From NCBI RefSeq assembly GCF_020745735.1, contig NW_026867618.1, positions 2,833,232 through 2,897,231 of the forward strand: a stretch of 64,000 bases of DNA, written 5' to 3'. The DNA is from Hemiscyllium ocellatum (Eukaryota). Numbering within the stretch: the first letter of the stretch is position 1; every line of letters starts with the position of its first letter. A program made the position numbers and the translations under genes. Positions 24,870-38,290 of the stretch are shown here, piece by piece. The notes under the pieces are model-generated. The model saw only the letters and a program-made list of their open reading frames with translations, made no database searches and was not told the DNA's origin.

Positions 24870-26922
24870 TGAAGCCCGGCGCCAACTCGTAGACATCTCC
24901 TCCTACCATCCCCTCGAGCATGACCCCATCCCCATAACGAAACAATCGCTTCCCTGACTATGAAGAAGCAAAACACCTCAAGATAGCTGCCACCCATAAC
25001 TTCAAACCGTGTACCCCGGGAACCCTGTAACGCCTGATTCTACCTCCTACCCAACATCCACCAGCCTGACAACCCCGGCCGACCCATTGTGTCAGCCTGC
25101 TTCTACCCCAACGCACTCATGTCCACTTAACTTGATACTGTCCTATCCCCCGTAGTCCAGGAACTCCCCATATACGTCCTCCACATTCTCCAAGACTTCC
25201 GTATGGTTCTCAGCTATGTCTATCTTTTTGTCGGTTACGTAGAACAGTCCATTTTCAGTAGTTACACTGGCACCACCCACCACCTCTTCCTCCGCTACAT
25301 TGATGACTGCATCAGTGCCACATCGTGCTGCCACGAGGTGGATGATCAATTCATCAACTTTACCAATGCATTCCACTCCCATCTTAAATTCACCTGGATT
25401 ATCTCTGAACCCTCCCTCCCCTTCCTGGACCTCTGCATCTCTATTAGTGACGACAGACTTGACACTGACATTTTTTACAAACCCACCGACTCCCACAGCT
25501 ACCTGGATTGCATATGTTCCCACCCTACCTCCTGAAAAAATGCCATCTTGTATTCCCAAGTCCCCTGCCTTCTTCGGATCTGTTCCCAGGAGGACCAGTT
25601 CCAACACAAAACACTCCATATGGCCTTCTTTCGACATCGCATTTTTCCTTAACACGTGGTTGAAGATGCCCTCCAATGCATCTCACTCACATTCCGCACC
25701 TCCGCCCTCAAGCTCCACCACTCCAACCGTAACAAAGACAGAACCCCCAGGTCCACACTATCCACCTATCCAACCTTCGCATTAACCACACCATCCGCCG
25801 CCATTTCTGGAGCATCTAAACGTACCCCAGCACCAGAGATATATTTCCCTCCCCACCCCTTTCCGCTTTCCGCAAAGACAGTACTCAAAGTGGCTACCTG
25901 GTCAGGTCCATACCCCCCAACAACTCACCCTCCCATCTTAGCTCCTCCCCCACCTCCGCAATACTTTCAAATCTAGCATCCACACCGCCTCACCAACCAG
26001 AATCCAAGTAACCACCCACCACCTCGTCCTCCGCTACATTGATGACTGCATCAGTGCCACATCGTGCTGCCACGAGGTGGATGATCAATTCATCGACTTC
26101 ACCAATGCATTCCACTCCCACCTTAAATTCACCTGGATTATCTCTGAACCCTCCCTCCCCTTCCAATTCCATCAACGTTTCACCTGAAAATCCACCAATG
26201 GCATGTCTTGTATCCGTTGCTCCCGATGCAGTCTCCTCTACATTGGGGAGACTGGACGCCTCCTCGTAGAGCATTTCAGGGGACATCTCCAGGTCACACA
26301 CGCCAATCAACCTCACCGTCCTGTGTCCAAACATCTCAAATCCCCCTCCTACTCTGCCGAGGACCTGCAGATCCTATGCCTCCTCCATCGCTGCTTCCTC
26401 ACCAAACGCTGCCTGGAGGAGGAACATCTTATCTTCCGCCTGGGAACACTTCAACACCAGGGTATGAATGTGGACTTCACCGGTATCCCCATTTCCCCTC
26501 CCCCCACCTTACCTCATTTCCAACCTTCCAGTTCAGCACTGTCCTCATGACCTGTCCCACCTGCCAATCTGCCTTCAAACCTATTTACTCCATCCTCCAC
26601 TCTGAACTGTAACATCCATCCCCAAACCCATTCACCTATTCCACACTTTGCGGCATTTCCCCACCCACCTCCCTGACGTATCACGTTCATTACCACCTCT
26701 ACTCGCCCATTGTGCTCTTTGCTACTTTCTATCCAGCCCCCCGACACCCTCGCAATTTATCGCTCCACCCTGGAGGCTTCCTGTCGCTATTCCTGATGAG
26801 AGGCTTTTGCTTTAAACATCGATTTTCCTGTTCCTCAGATGCTGCATGACATGCTGTGCTTTTCCAGTATTACTCTGATCTAAACTCTGGATTCCAGCCT
26901 CTGCAGTCCTCAATTTTCCCTA
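24870..26922 (+). mobile_element. Penelope-like retroelement (RT and GIY-YIG), degenerate, with an internal duplication
   Basis: LFVGYVEQ, FLRYIDDC, LPFLDL, DIFYKPTDSHSYLD and CIRCSRCSLLYIGETGRLLVEHFRGHL..EEEHLIFRLGTLQ. Terminus attcctgatgagaggc at ~26790. Confidence 0.93.
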
Positions 26923-28330
26923 GACTATGGGAAGTGATGACTGAAACAACACGAGGGAAGTAATATCACCTACTTACTTGTCAGTGCTGTACCTGTCCCA
27001 AACAGTATCTTTCCCGGCACCCACCATGCAGTCCTGTCTGTGTGAAGTTCTCAGCTTCATATGAAAGATTAGTCTTTATTATTTTCATATAAGTAATTGA
27101 TTACAGTGACAGCGTCGTCATTTATTTTAATCCTTTCAAAGGTGTTAGGAAATAAAGCAAATGTGTTCTATCTAAATTTATGAATGACGCTAAGACAGAT
27201 AGGAACCTAAGTTACCCCGGAGTTGGAGAGCGTCTGAATGGATAATCAATGGACAATCTGGTAGCTGGACTATGACATGGGTAAATGTCAACCCGTGAAT
27301 GTTTCATGACGACAGGAATGCAATTACTGAAATGGAGAGAGTGAAAGTATCTTGTGGTACATTGTGTACTGGAGTGTTCACTCTGTCCCGTAAAACATGA
27401 GGGAACTGTTGCTCCATTTCCCATATGAGATGACGCTCCCTGACCGCAATGCTCTCGGTACGCATGGAATATTTTGGGGAGTTGGCGGTGGAGAATGGTG
27501 AGAGTGATGGTGTTTTGAGCCACGGACCATTGGGGTTATCAATATTCACGAAATTATCTTTTTTTTTTACTTCGGTGAGACACGAAGACGATGGGAATGG
27601 CTGATTGCTACCGACTGAAAAAGTAATGGTTGCTTCTGGGACAGGAGGTATTTCCCAGCGAGATGAATACTGTCACAATGCCAAACTAATGAAGTGCAAG
27701 AGTGTGTTCAACCAACGGAGGAACGAGGACATGCCGACTTGGCTGAATTGACTAGTTTCTAAAATACACAAGGTAAAATAATAGCATTGCACCAGATACC
27801 ATAAAGCTAGATGAGATACCAGTTTAACATTGAAAACTCTGCGGATATCGGGCAAGTGTAATGCTCAGTCCAACAGGGTAATCTGTCTTGGCTGCAGCTA
27901 GTCTACTTCAATGCATTGAGCTATAAACCTGAACTAAAACTCTGTACAGTGCACCAACCTGCATAGACCACTCCAAGCAATTCAACTACAAACATGGATG
28001 AGGTACCTGTCCGTTTTCGGAAGCGGTGCAGCAAAGAACAGTGAACTGATCTGAAAACCGACAGCAGTTACCAACACAGCATTTAATGTCTTCTAGGCTC
28101 CCTCCGCCCCTCTCACACCCAACCGCATTGCTCAGTGGCACTGTTTGTTCATTACACTGACTGAGGAAAATTGCAACATATTCTGGAAATGACAGGATGT
28201 GCCGCTTGCATTCATTTCCAGCTTCATATCTAGATTGTGCTATGACAAAGGGGGCTGTGCTGTGACAATATATGGCAAAGAGAGAGATGCGGGGAGAATC
28301 AGTTAAAATAAAAACAAAGAACAAAGCCTC

Positions 28331-28381
28331 AGAATATAGGCGACATGTCCATATTTCATCTGGACATGTCGCCTATATTCT
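28331..28381. repeat. Perfect 21-bp inverted repeat with a 9-nt loop
   Basis: agaatataggcgacatgtcca-tatttcatc-tggacatgtcgcctatattct. Confidence 0.95.
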
Positions 28382-30261
28382 CAGTATCTTTCTCCGAATG
28401 ATCCCTATCCATCGAGCTCGCACACCATAGACGTTATTCGCCATCACCTTCTCCATCAGCCGAACATAGGGAATCTTATCAAGCGCCTGACGGATGTTCA
28501 ACTGAAGCCATTCTCTCTGCAATCACTTCTTCAAATAATTTTATCAGTTTTGGAATCCTGACTTTTCCAGCACAAAACCATGTTTTCTATCAGTGATAAG
28601 CCCATTTTCATACAAATGGGAATAGATAATATCCCTCAGTATCTTTTCGCTTTGAAGAGTTTGTGCAATCGACAAAAAGGGTAAGGGTCCGGGAAATTGT
28701 CAAAGACGGATGCACTTCCATGTTTAACAATAACAAACTGAAACTATTCCAGTAACATTTTCAACACTGAACACCATTTCCTGCAGTTGAGGGGAATTTT
28801 GTGTGAGTCCTGATGTCCGGGACCATTTGTTCTGCAGCTTTGTAACAGGAAATGTGGTCAGCACACTCTTTGAATCATTGTGCTAAATCTTCGATCATTT
28901 GTCTCATTGTCAATTTCACTGTCTGTGATAGAAGTATCATCTATACGAGGACGATCTAGTTTTCTGGCGCTATCTTTCGATCTTATGTCAGTAGCTAACT
29001 ACCCATCAACATGGCAGCCCGCTGATTTAATGCCAGCCAGATTCTCCCACCACGGATGGTTGTCGGTAGTCGTTGTCGCCCGGATTAATCGGATATTCTC
29101 AGATTGTTTGTGCTGGAGGCTTGCTTAAAAGTCCAATGGACGATAATTGAACATTTCGTTTAAAACTTGCCCTGCACATTTTACTCGAACAGGGCAGAAA
29201 AGGAACAGTTACACCTCAATTTGTCGACAGCAGTACTCAGGCCCTGCCGGATGAGCTAGTACACAGGACGAACTTTCTCTTCCCACAGTAGGCCATACCA
29301 CCAGCCACACCAAGCAAACTCTGTGCTCACTAGCCAGCTCAGATTAGTATCTGCAACCTGAAGAAAAGTCCAGAAAAATAGGACAAGCATCAATAACCTT
29401 CCACGCTCTGTCACACTGTACCCTCTGCTCCCTCATATTCACTGCACATCTGTTATCCGCTAACCCCCTGAAAAGCTGAATGCTCCATCACTTACATTGC
29501 TGCATCTATCGCGTGAAGAATAACCGCAAAATTTAAAGAATGTTCCAAAGAATATCAATGACAGAATGTTCTGAAGAATGCCACTGTCTGGATGATGTTG
29601 ACTATAAAATGTTTCAGATAATGTCCAAACAATTCCCAAGTTTATGAAAATGTAAGTCTCACAGTGAAAAACACAGAAGCGGATTGAGCAGAGTTTTGCT
29701 TTGTTTTTCGAATCACATGCGATTAAGGTGCACCATGAGGTCATTCAGCCCTTCAAACTTGCTTCACCATTCAGTGAGATCGGGGATGATCGAATTGCGT
29801 TGCAAGGTACATGTTGCAGGAACGTTCGCTCAATCAACACTCCAGGTTCCTATCACTCACCGAACGAATTAGAGCACTTTTCATGTCGGTTTTCATTCAA
29901 ACATGTTTTTTGTACCCATTTCCAACGAAGGTTAACTCTCCAAGTAATGCATTCCATCAGCTTTATATTTTTATGGAATGGTAAGCACACTTAATGCACA
30001 CCAGCCAAAAAAAAGTCCACTTATTTCAGAGTTATTCGTATTCAATCATACTTCACATTTCTGTTTATTTCACGTGTTTTGCCCTATTACATTAAGCTAA
30101 AAACAACATCTCAATTTGTGTCTCTTACAAATCAATTTCTAGCAGAACTGTTTTGCACTGAGCTGTTCTTCTGGGCCCGTTAACTTTTTTGGAGCATCTC
30201 CAAAAGTTTGTATTGTGTTTTACATTTGACCATCTCTGTCTATCACGGTTACATAACCTCC

Positions 30262-30465
30262 CACTCAGTTGGCTGGACGGCAATTATGGTGATGCCGAGG
30301 GAGACTAAGAGCGTCGTTTCAATTCCCCCACTGACAGATGTCACCGCGAAGGGCTAGGTTTCTCAATCTGACTGCTCCTCCGTGGTGTGCGGATCCTCAG
30401 GTTGAACCTTTATTTCACTCTCTCTCGCTCTCTACTGAGAGAGGTCCCCATGGTCCTCTGTGTAC
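30262..30465 (+). mobile_element. Degenerate tRNA-derived SINE
   Basis: A-box-like ctcagttggc, B-box-like gtttcaattccc and a ctctct tail. Confidence 0.5.
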
Positions 30466-31089
30466 AGATTGGATTTATTCGATCACTGCCATAATTTTAC
30501 AATTTTCTCTGTATTAGCCATTTTTTCGATTGTATTCCTGGTGTTCTGATCATCCACAGTTCTGATCATTTTAGACCACGCATATTCCCTAACAGCATAT
30601 TGCTTTCTATTCCCTGATAATACTTAACACTTCATCAATCGTTCTGCCTATGCCACAAAAATATTAAACATCTCTCCCTCCAATGATCTCTGGAAAAGAG
30701 ATTTCGAAAGTCTCACAGCATTCTGAGAAAATAAGATGAATCTTCTCATTTGTTTAATAAATTGAAGATTTCCTTTTTAAAGTTACTTTGATTATACCCG
30801 CTAGCTGTACTTCAAATCAAAATTGTAGGGAGAGAATACTGCTACTACTGTATGCACTCTGACTAAGAACACATCTGGAAGGTTGTGTTTGAAGGCTTAT
30901 TTTGTAGTGTTTCCTGATAAAGGAAGTAATTAGCTTGCGTGGAGTTCAGAGATGTTTCACTTCTCTTAATACTTGAATTAAAGTCTTATATTCCGCTTTG
31001 AGTAAGAGATCATCTTACTGTGCCATCACTATTTTCAGGAAAATGAATCAAGTGGAAACCCAGTTGGTGCTAGCATTGTCAAAATTTGT

Positions 31090-31390
31090 TGTCATTTTCC
31101 TGGAATCGCTACAGCTTGGCTTAGGCCATTCTGTCCATCGAGTCCTCACCAAACTTCTGAAAAATTTCCCATCTCCCTTCATGCCCCTATATTTTCCCTG
31201 TAACCCTGCATTTCACATCGTTAACCAACCTAGCCTATACATGTTTGATTGGTGTTAAGATATTAGAGCACCAAAAGAAATCCAGCACAGACACAGTGGA
31301 GTGTGCACATTCCTCAAAGAATATCACTTGCGTTGGCCCACTTGCTTGGGCCTTTGTTATTATGAGGCAGCAGTACTCACCACAGACATA
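31090..31390 (-). mobile_element. Degenerate V-SINE
   Basis: Decayed reverse complement of the element at 20755-21063. Confidence 0.6.
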
Positions 31391-33869
31391 TCATGCTAAC
31401 TCAGTGAGTTCTAATTTTATTTGCTGCTGACGAAATAATTCTGTCTTAGTTGTCTCTGTCACGGAAACTGAACCTTTCTGAGCCCTTCATGATTGGCCAT
31501 TTCACCAAAATGATTGTATTGAAAATGTATTGTGACCATTGGAGGAGCAGGACTGAAAAAAACACAGCGGCATTTCCAAACACGTTCAGAACAGGGATGA
31601 GGAGAAATTTACGCAGTGGAAAAGCATTCAGTGGGAATTCTCATTTCCAGATGCTTTTGAAATTAGATTTTAAGGTTATCTCGAGCCTGGCTTTGCATGA
31701 TTTCCGGTCAATCAGTCAATCCCGTAGAATGAGATGTACACAGAAATGTGCAGCTTGGCCAAAATGAGATGTGCCACGTTTTTATATACTCGTTCAGTAG
31801 TGGTGACAAAGGATCGTTTGGATCTCTCGTGCTCCTCAGTACTATGTTCCCAAGGTCCACTCAGCCCTTCGGATCTGCTACACATGAGCAGATTGAGGAC
31901 CTTCAACAGTTCGATGTCTGTTTGCAAAACTCACTTGGAAAATCCAGGTTGGTACCTCACCCTGCTCCAATCCCTCTTTCTATTTTTTTCGGAGAAATTC
32001 TCCATGCAGAATTTGACATTGATTCTGAACATCTACCTTGTCAAGTCTCGACTGTGTCTTGTATTTTTCAGAAATATTACGTCTCATTCATTTCAGTTAC
32101 ATTGAATAATCGCTTTACTATTTCAGGCTTTTTAGTGATCATTCATTATTTTTATCTGCAGGAACAAGTCCAATGAAGCAAGATATTGACTTGATTCACC
32201 AGCATATTAACATTCTGTTTTATCCATAGGAACACCCCGCCCACTTTGAACTGCATTTTGTTTTGGAAATCCGCTCCATTAAACAATAGACAGCCTTGTG
32301 CTTTTCTCTGTGGTCAGGTCCAGAGTCTCACACTTTAATGTTACCACAAGTACAATCTGCCAGTCATTTTATCTATTCACTGATTTTACCTGTATTCTCT
32401 TTCAGATTCCTTCCGTCTGAGTGCTGGCCAAAGCAGTTTTTACCAGTTTAAATTCTTCCATTTGTGATTAAATACTCTCCTTGACACCTTCTGTGATAAA
32501 CAGGTGGTTTGTCTTCTTATTTAGGCCTTGTCTTTGAACAGAAACAACTATTTCTGAGCAATATGAAAACTCCCCTTATGCTTGTACAATTGTACATCAA
32601 CTGACTTCCACCACATCAATTTTTAGATTCCGCTTTAGAACACAGATCAGACAAAAAGCTGCAATCTGGACGCCAGGTTCTTGTCAATTACCCTTTTGGA
32701 GATTTCAAGTGTGGTTGAACATATGGTCAGCTGAGAGTGACTCCGTCCGACCAAGTTCTTGATTTTTTTTCCTCTATCAAGTGATCGACAGTTCTAACTG
32801 AGATGGACGTGATCTTCAGGTGTGAATTACGCATCTCCTATGATTCACTCCACAACCTTTCCTTCCTTTCGGAATTATAGAGGTCCCCTTGTCCGCATTT
32901 TCCATTGTCCTTGAAATCAGAAATAATCACTATCCGTAAATACCACCACCACCAGCAGGACTGGGCCATCATTCACAGCTGTCAACACCACTGCCTGCTG
33001 CCACTACCTCATATCATCAGCATTTTACAGAGGCCATTCCTTCTGTGACAACTTCCATCACCGTCAACACTTCCACATTCCTGCATAGCACCTTCCCATG
33101 AAGTTGCATAAGCCCCTTCACATTTTCAGTCCTCACTGTCCAAGACCACAAACACAATTCTGGGTGAATCAGAATTTCACTTGTACTCTTGCAAACCTGC
33201 TTCTCTTGTCGTTGCTGTGCACAACTGAGCCTCCTTTACATTGGCAAAGCCAAACAGAGCCTGATTTGAGAACTAGTTCAACTCTGTAGGAATAACCTTG
33301 ACCTTCTCATAACTTCCCGTTTCAATAAACGACATTCTTCTCAAGCTAAAATTACTTTTCTGGGCTGCTGCACTGTTCCATTGAAGTACAGGAGTAACCA
33401 TGGCCATATCCTGCACACAGGACTCAACTGGACTCACTCACTCATTTTCTGGACCAGCACATTTCCATCATGGATGCCCGGGATTAACCAGAACCACCTA
33501 CTTTACCAGGAAAAGAGGGCGACATGACGTCATGAAGGTGACATGTATTCAATTTCCCCCTCATGAGTAAAATCCTAGCAATTGTCAAAACCATTGAGAA
33601 TAAAATAAATTAATTTTAAGCAAGACCTGCATTTCAGCAGGAACTGAGATAACGCTGCAAGATCTGTTTAACATTCCTGCTGTCCCCGACTATTCCTTTC
33701 AACCTGAACGTTTCTGAATTCATCATATGGAGTGCATGGTGATCTCTATTGAATCAAGAGTTGATGAGGTCTGCCTACTGATCAGTAACTCCTAGTTCTT
33801 AAACGTGAAGCACCTCGTTATTTACTCTTTCTCGGACCCAGAACATGCCATCCCTCTGACCACCCATGC

Positions 33870-34540
33870 GAGTTGACATCCACCATTCTGACAGCAGTCT
33901 GTATCACACACCATGGGGAATTTGCAAAATTAAATATATGCCACTACAAATGCACTTTGTTAGGAATCAGGGAGGCGGATCCAATTATCCAATGGAAAAA
34001 GAAAATCAGAAATCTGGAGCGTAAAGTGACCTGGGATACTTTGTCCAAGATTCTCTGTAGATAAACTTGCTTGTTGGCACAGTAATTCGGAAGGCAGGAA
34101 TAATCGTCTCACTCATTTCCATCGCACGTGAATACAAACGCAATGACGTGCCTCTGTGGCTTTACAAGGCGCTGGTAAGATAACATTTCGAGTAGTGTGA
34201 GCAATTTTGGACTCCATACCGCGAGAAGGATGTGCTAGCCATGGAGTGGGTACCAGAGGAATTCACACGAATGATCCCATCAATGGAAGGCTTTACATAT
34301 GAGAAGCATCTGAGGATTCTGAGACTCCACTCAATGGAGATTAGTTGGATGAGGAGGGATGTCATTGAAACATAGCGAATGTCGAACAGCTTGATCAGGG
34401 TGGATGTTGGGAACATGTTTCGATTGTTATGATTGACTGGAACCGAATGGCACAGGCTTCGAGTAAAGGGAAACCGTTTAGAAACGATTCGTGGACAAAC
34501 TTCATCAGTGAATCTGTGGAATGAACTACCAGAGAGTTGA
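33870..34540 (+). mobile_element. Degenerate CR1 3' fragment
   Basis: LYKALVR*HFE*CEQFWTPYREKDVLAMEWVPEEFTRMIP-like text. Confidence 0.8.
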
Positions 34541-34559
34541 AAACTTTCCGAAATCGATG

Positions 34560-34770
34560 ATCGAGTTGCTGGATAAAAAAACAGAGATCAGGCGAATAAT
34601 AGGAGCAGGAGAGTTGATGTTTCGGATATAAATACTTCATCAGAAATGTGAAGGGCTTATATCCGAAACGTTGACTCTTCTGCTTCTCAGATGTAAAGCG
34701 ACCAGCTGTACTTTGCCAGAGCCACACTTTTCGATTCTAACTTTCCAGTATCTGCAGTATTCACTTTCTA
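34560..34770. mobile_element. Degenerate palindromic Penelope-terminus element
   Basis: gttgatgtttcggatataaatacttcatcagaaa followed by the inverted tgaagggcttatatccgaaacgttgac. Confidence 0.7.
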
Positions 34771-34779
34771 CGATTTGCT

Positions 34780-35160
34780 CAAAGACCTATCACCCATAAT
34801 TGAGCCGCCGAATGGCAAAATGTTTGCGTCTATGGATTACGGTCTTAAAGAGTTTTGAGATGGAACATCCCGAGGTTTTAATCATCCTCGGTTTCGACAT
34901 CAAACAGGCCAATCACAAGAGTGTACCACCAAAATACCACCAATACGTCTCATCTCCCAGAAGGAGGCTGAACATCCTTGAGCTTTGCTACAAGTCGTGA
35001 AAAGTTCCTGTCGCTCCAAAACCCTGTCCGCTCCTTGAAAAATCAGATTGCAATGCTGTGTTTCTCCTCCTTGCTTACAAACACAAGCTTAAATTTGAGT
35101 ATTCACTGCAGAACCTGGTCTAAGGCAGTGGAATAGTTTCTGCAGGATGGCTTGGAAGCT
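34780..35160 (+). mobile_element. Rex1/Babar LINE endonuclease fragment
   Basis: EHPEVLIILGFDIKQAN..PKYHQYVSSP, collinear with 14950-15120. Confidence 0.7.
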
Positions 35161-35549
35161 TCAGATTTGTCCAGAAGACCATAAGAAAATAAAACATAGA
35201 AACAGAAATTAGTCAATTCATCCCATGGAGTCTGCTACGCCATTCAATCATGGCTGACAAGTTTCTCAGCTCCATTGTCCCGCTTTCTCACCAAAAAACT
35301 CATTCCCTTGACAATCAAGAAGCTAACTATCTTAGTCTTAACTTTCCCCAACGCCCTGGCTTCCAGAAACATCCGTGGCAATGACTGTCATAGATTCACC
35401 AATCCCTGACTGAAGAAGTGCATCCCCTCTTCATTCTGGACTCTGTCCCCTCGTATCCTAGTTTCTCCTACCAATGGAAAATTATTCTCAACAGCCAATC
35501 TCTCCAGGTTGCAGTGTTCTGTATGTTTCAATTGGAGACCCCTGATACG

Positions 35550-38290
35550 TAGAGTTATAGAGATGTACAAGATGGAAACACACTCTTCGGCCCAACCCAT
35601 CCATGACGACCAGATATCCCAACCCAATCTTGTCACACCTGCCAGCGCCCGACCCGTATCCCTCCAAACCCTTCCTATTCAAATATCCATCCAAATGCCT
35701 CTTAAATGTCGCAATTCACCAGCCTTCAAAAATTCCTCAGGTACCTCTTTCCATGCACGCACCACCCTCTGAATGAAAATGTCATCCCTTAGGTCTCTTT
35801 TCTATATTTTCCCTCTCATCCTAAACCTATGCCCTCGAGATCTGGACGCACCAATCCCAGGGAAACGCCATTGCCTCTTTATCCTATCCATACCTCTCAT
35901 AATTTGTAAACATCTATCAGGTCACCCTCAGCCTCCGACGCACCAGGGACAACAGGCCCAGCCTGTGCAGCCGCTCTCTTTAGCTCAAATCTTCCAACCC
36001 TGACAACGTCCTTGTAAATCTTTTTATGAACCCCGTCAAGAGTTGAGAAGTGGCAGATAGAGTTCAACATGGGGAAATGCGAGGTAATGCATATTGGAAG
36101 GTCGAATTTGAAAGCTGAGTACAGGATTAAGGATAGGATTCCTGTCAGTATGGTGGAACAGAGGGATCTTGGTGTGCAAGTACATTGATCCATTAACATG
36201 GCTACTCAAGTGGACAGGGTTGTTAAGAAAGCATATGGTGTTTTGGCTTTCATGAACAGGGGGATTGAATTTTAGCGTCGTGAGATCTTGTTGCAGCTCT
36301 ATAAAACTTTGTTTAGATTGCAATTGAATTACTGCGTCCAGTTCTAGTCGCCATATTATAGGAAAGATGTGGATGCTTTGGAGAGGGTTCAGAGGTAGTT
36401 TACCAGGATGCTGCCTGGCCTGGAAGGCTTATCTTATGAAGAGAGGTTGACTCAGCTCGGACGCTTTTCATTGGAGAAAGGGAGGAGGAAAGCGGACCTA
36501 ATTGAGGTATACAACACAGTGACAGGCATAGATAAAGTCGATAGCCAGAGACTATTTCCTAGGGCAGAAATGGCCAACACGAGGGGCCATGGTTCTAAGC
36601 TGGTTGGAGGAAAGTATAGAAGGCATGTAAGAGGCGGGTTCTTTACACAGAGAGTTGTGAGTGCATGGAATGCGTTGCCAGTAGCAGTTGTGGAAGCAAG
36701 GTCACTGGGGAATTTAAGAGACTGCTGGACATGCATATGGTCACAGAAATTTGAGGGTGCACACATGAGGATCAATGGTCGGCACAACGTCATGGGCTGA
36801 AGGGCCTGTTCTGTGCTGTACTCTTCTTTGATCCATGTACTATGTTCTAACTTTCCGATATGAAAGAGACCAGAATTACACACAGTATTTCAACAGTGAC
36901 CTAACTAATGTCATGTACAGCCGCAACATGACCTCCCAGCACCTGTACTCAATAATCTGACCAATAACGGAAAGCATACCAACGCCTTCTTCGCTATCCT
37001 ATCTACCCGCGATAGCACTTTCAAGAGACCTACACTTCAAGGTCTCTTTGTTCAGCAACATTCGCTAGGACGTTACCATTAAGTGCATACGTCCAACTAA
37101 GATTTGCTTTCCTAAAATGGAGCACCTCGCATTTATCTGAATAAAACACCATCTGCTACTTCTCAGCCCACTGTCCCAACTAGTCCATATCTTGTTGTAT
37201 TCTGAGGTAAACCGCTTCGCTGTCCACTACACCTCCAATTTTGTTATCATCTGCAAACATACTACCTTTACCTCCTATACTCGCATCCAAATCATTTTTG
37301 TAAACAACAAAAAGAAGAGGACACAGTACCGATCTTTGTGGCACTCCATTGGTCACAGACTTCCAGTCTGAAAAGCAACCCTCCACCACCACCCTCTGTC
37401 TTCTACCTTTGAGCCCGTTATGTATCCAAATGGCTATTTCTCCCTGTATTCCATGAGATCTAACCTTGATAATCAATCTCCCATGGGGAATGTTGTCGAC
37501 CACCACTACTGATCCACCCTTATTAATTCTCCTGGTTACTTCTTCAATAACCCCAATCATGTTTGTGAGACATGAATTCCACGCACAAAGACATGTTGAC
37601 TATCCCTAATCAGTCCTTGCCTTTCCATGTAGATCCTGTCCCTCACGATTCCCTCCAACATCCTGCCCACCACAAAGGTCAGGTTCACCGGTTTATAGTT
37701 CCATGTCTTGTCTTTACCACCCTTCGTAAACAGTGCCACCACGTTTGCCAATCTCCAGTCATCCGGCACCGCCCCTGTGACTATCGACGATTCCAGTATC
37801 TCAGCAAGAGGCCCAGCAATCACTTCTCTGGTTTCGCACAGGGTTCTCAGGTAAACCTGATCAGATCCTGGGTATTTATCCAGCTTTACCCATTTCATGA
37901 CACTGCCTGCTCTGTAATCTGGACATTTCGAAAGATGTCACGTCCATTTCCCTAAATTCTATATCTTCCAAATCCTTTTCCACAATAACCACTGATGCAA
38001 AATATTCATTTTGTATATCCCCCATTATCTGTGGCACCACACAAAGGCCGCCTTGCTAATATATGAGGTGTAATATTCTCTCCCTCGTAACACTTTTGTC
38101 CGAAATATATGTATTAAAACCCTTTGGATTACCCTTAATTCTATTTGCCAAAGTTATCCCATGTCCCCTTTTTTGCCCTTCTGATTTCTCTCTTAAGTAT
38201 ACTCTTATTTCCTTTATAATCTTCTAAAGATTCACACGATCTATCCTGTCTATGCTTGACATATAAACCATTTTTTTTATTAACCATACC
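35550..38290 (-). mobile_element. CR1 LINE (host), interrupted at ~36036-36850
   Basis: ORFs 37557-37898 (VPDDWRLANVVALFTKGGK..NYKPVNLT) and 37180-37560 (GVPQRSVLCPLLF, MFADDNKIGG). 3' UTR at 35550. Confidence 0.92.
36036..36850 (+). mobile_element. Younger CR1 3' fragment nested in the opposite orientation
   Basis: ORF 36408-36800 (MLPGLEGLSYEERL..FFTQRVVSAWNALP) with a tatgttct tail. Confidence 0.92.
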
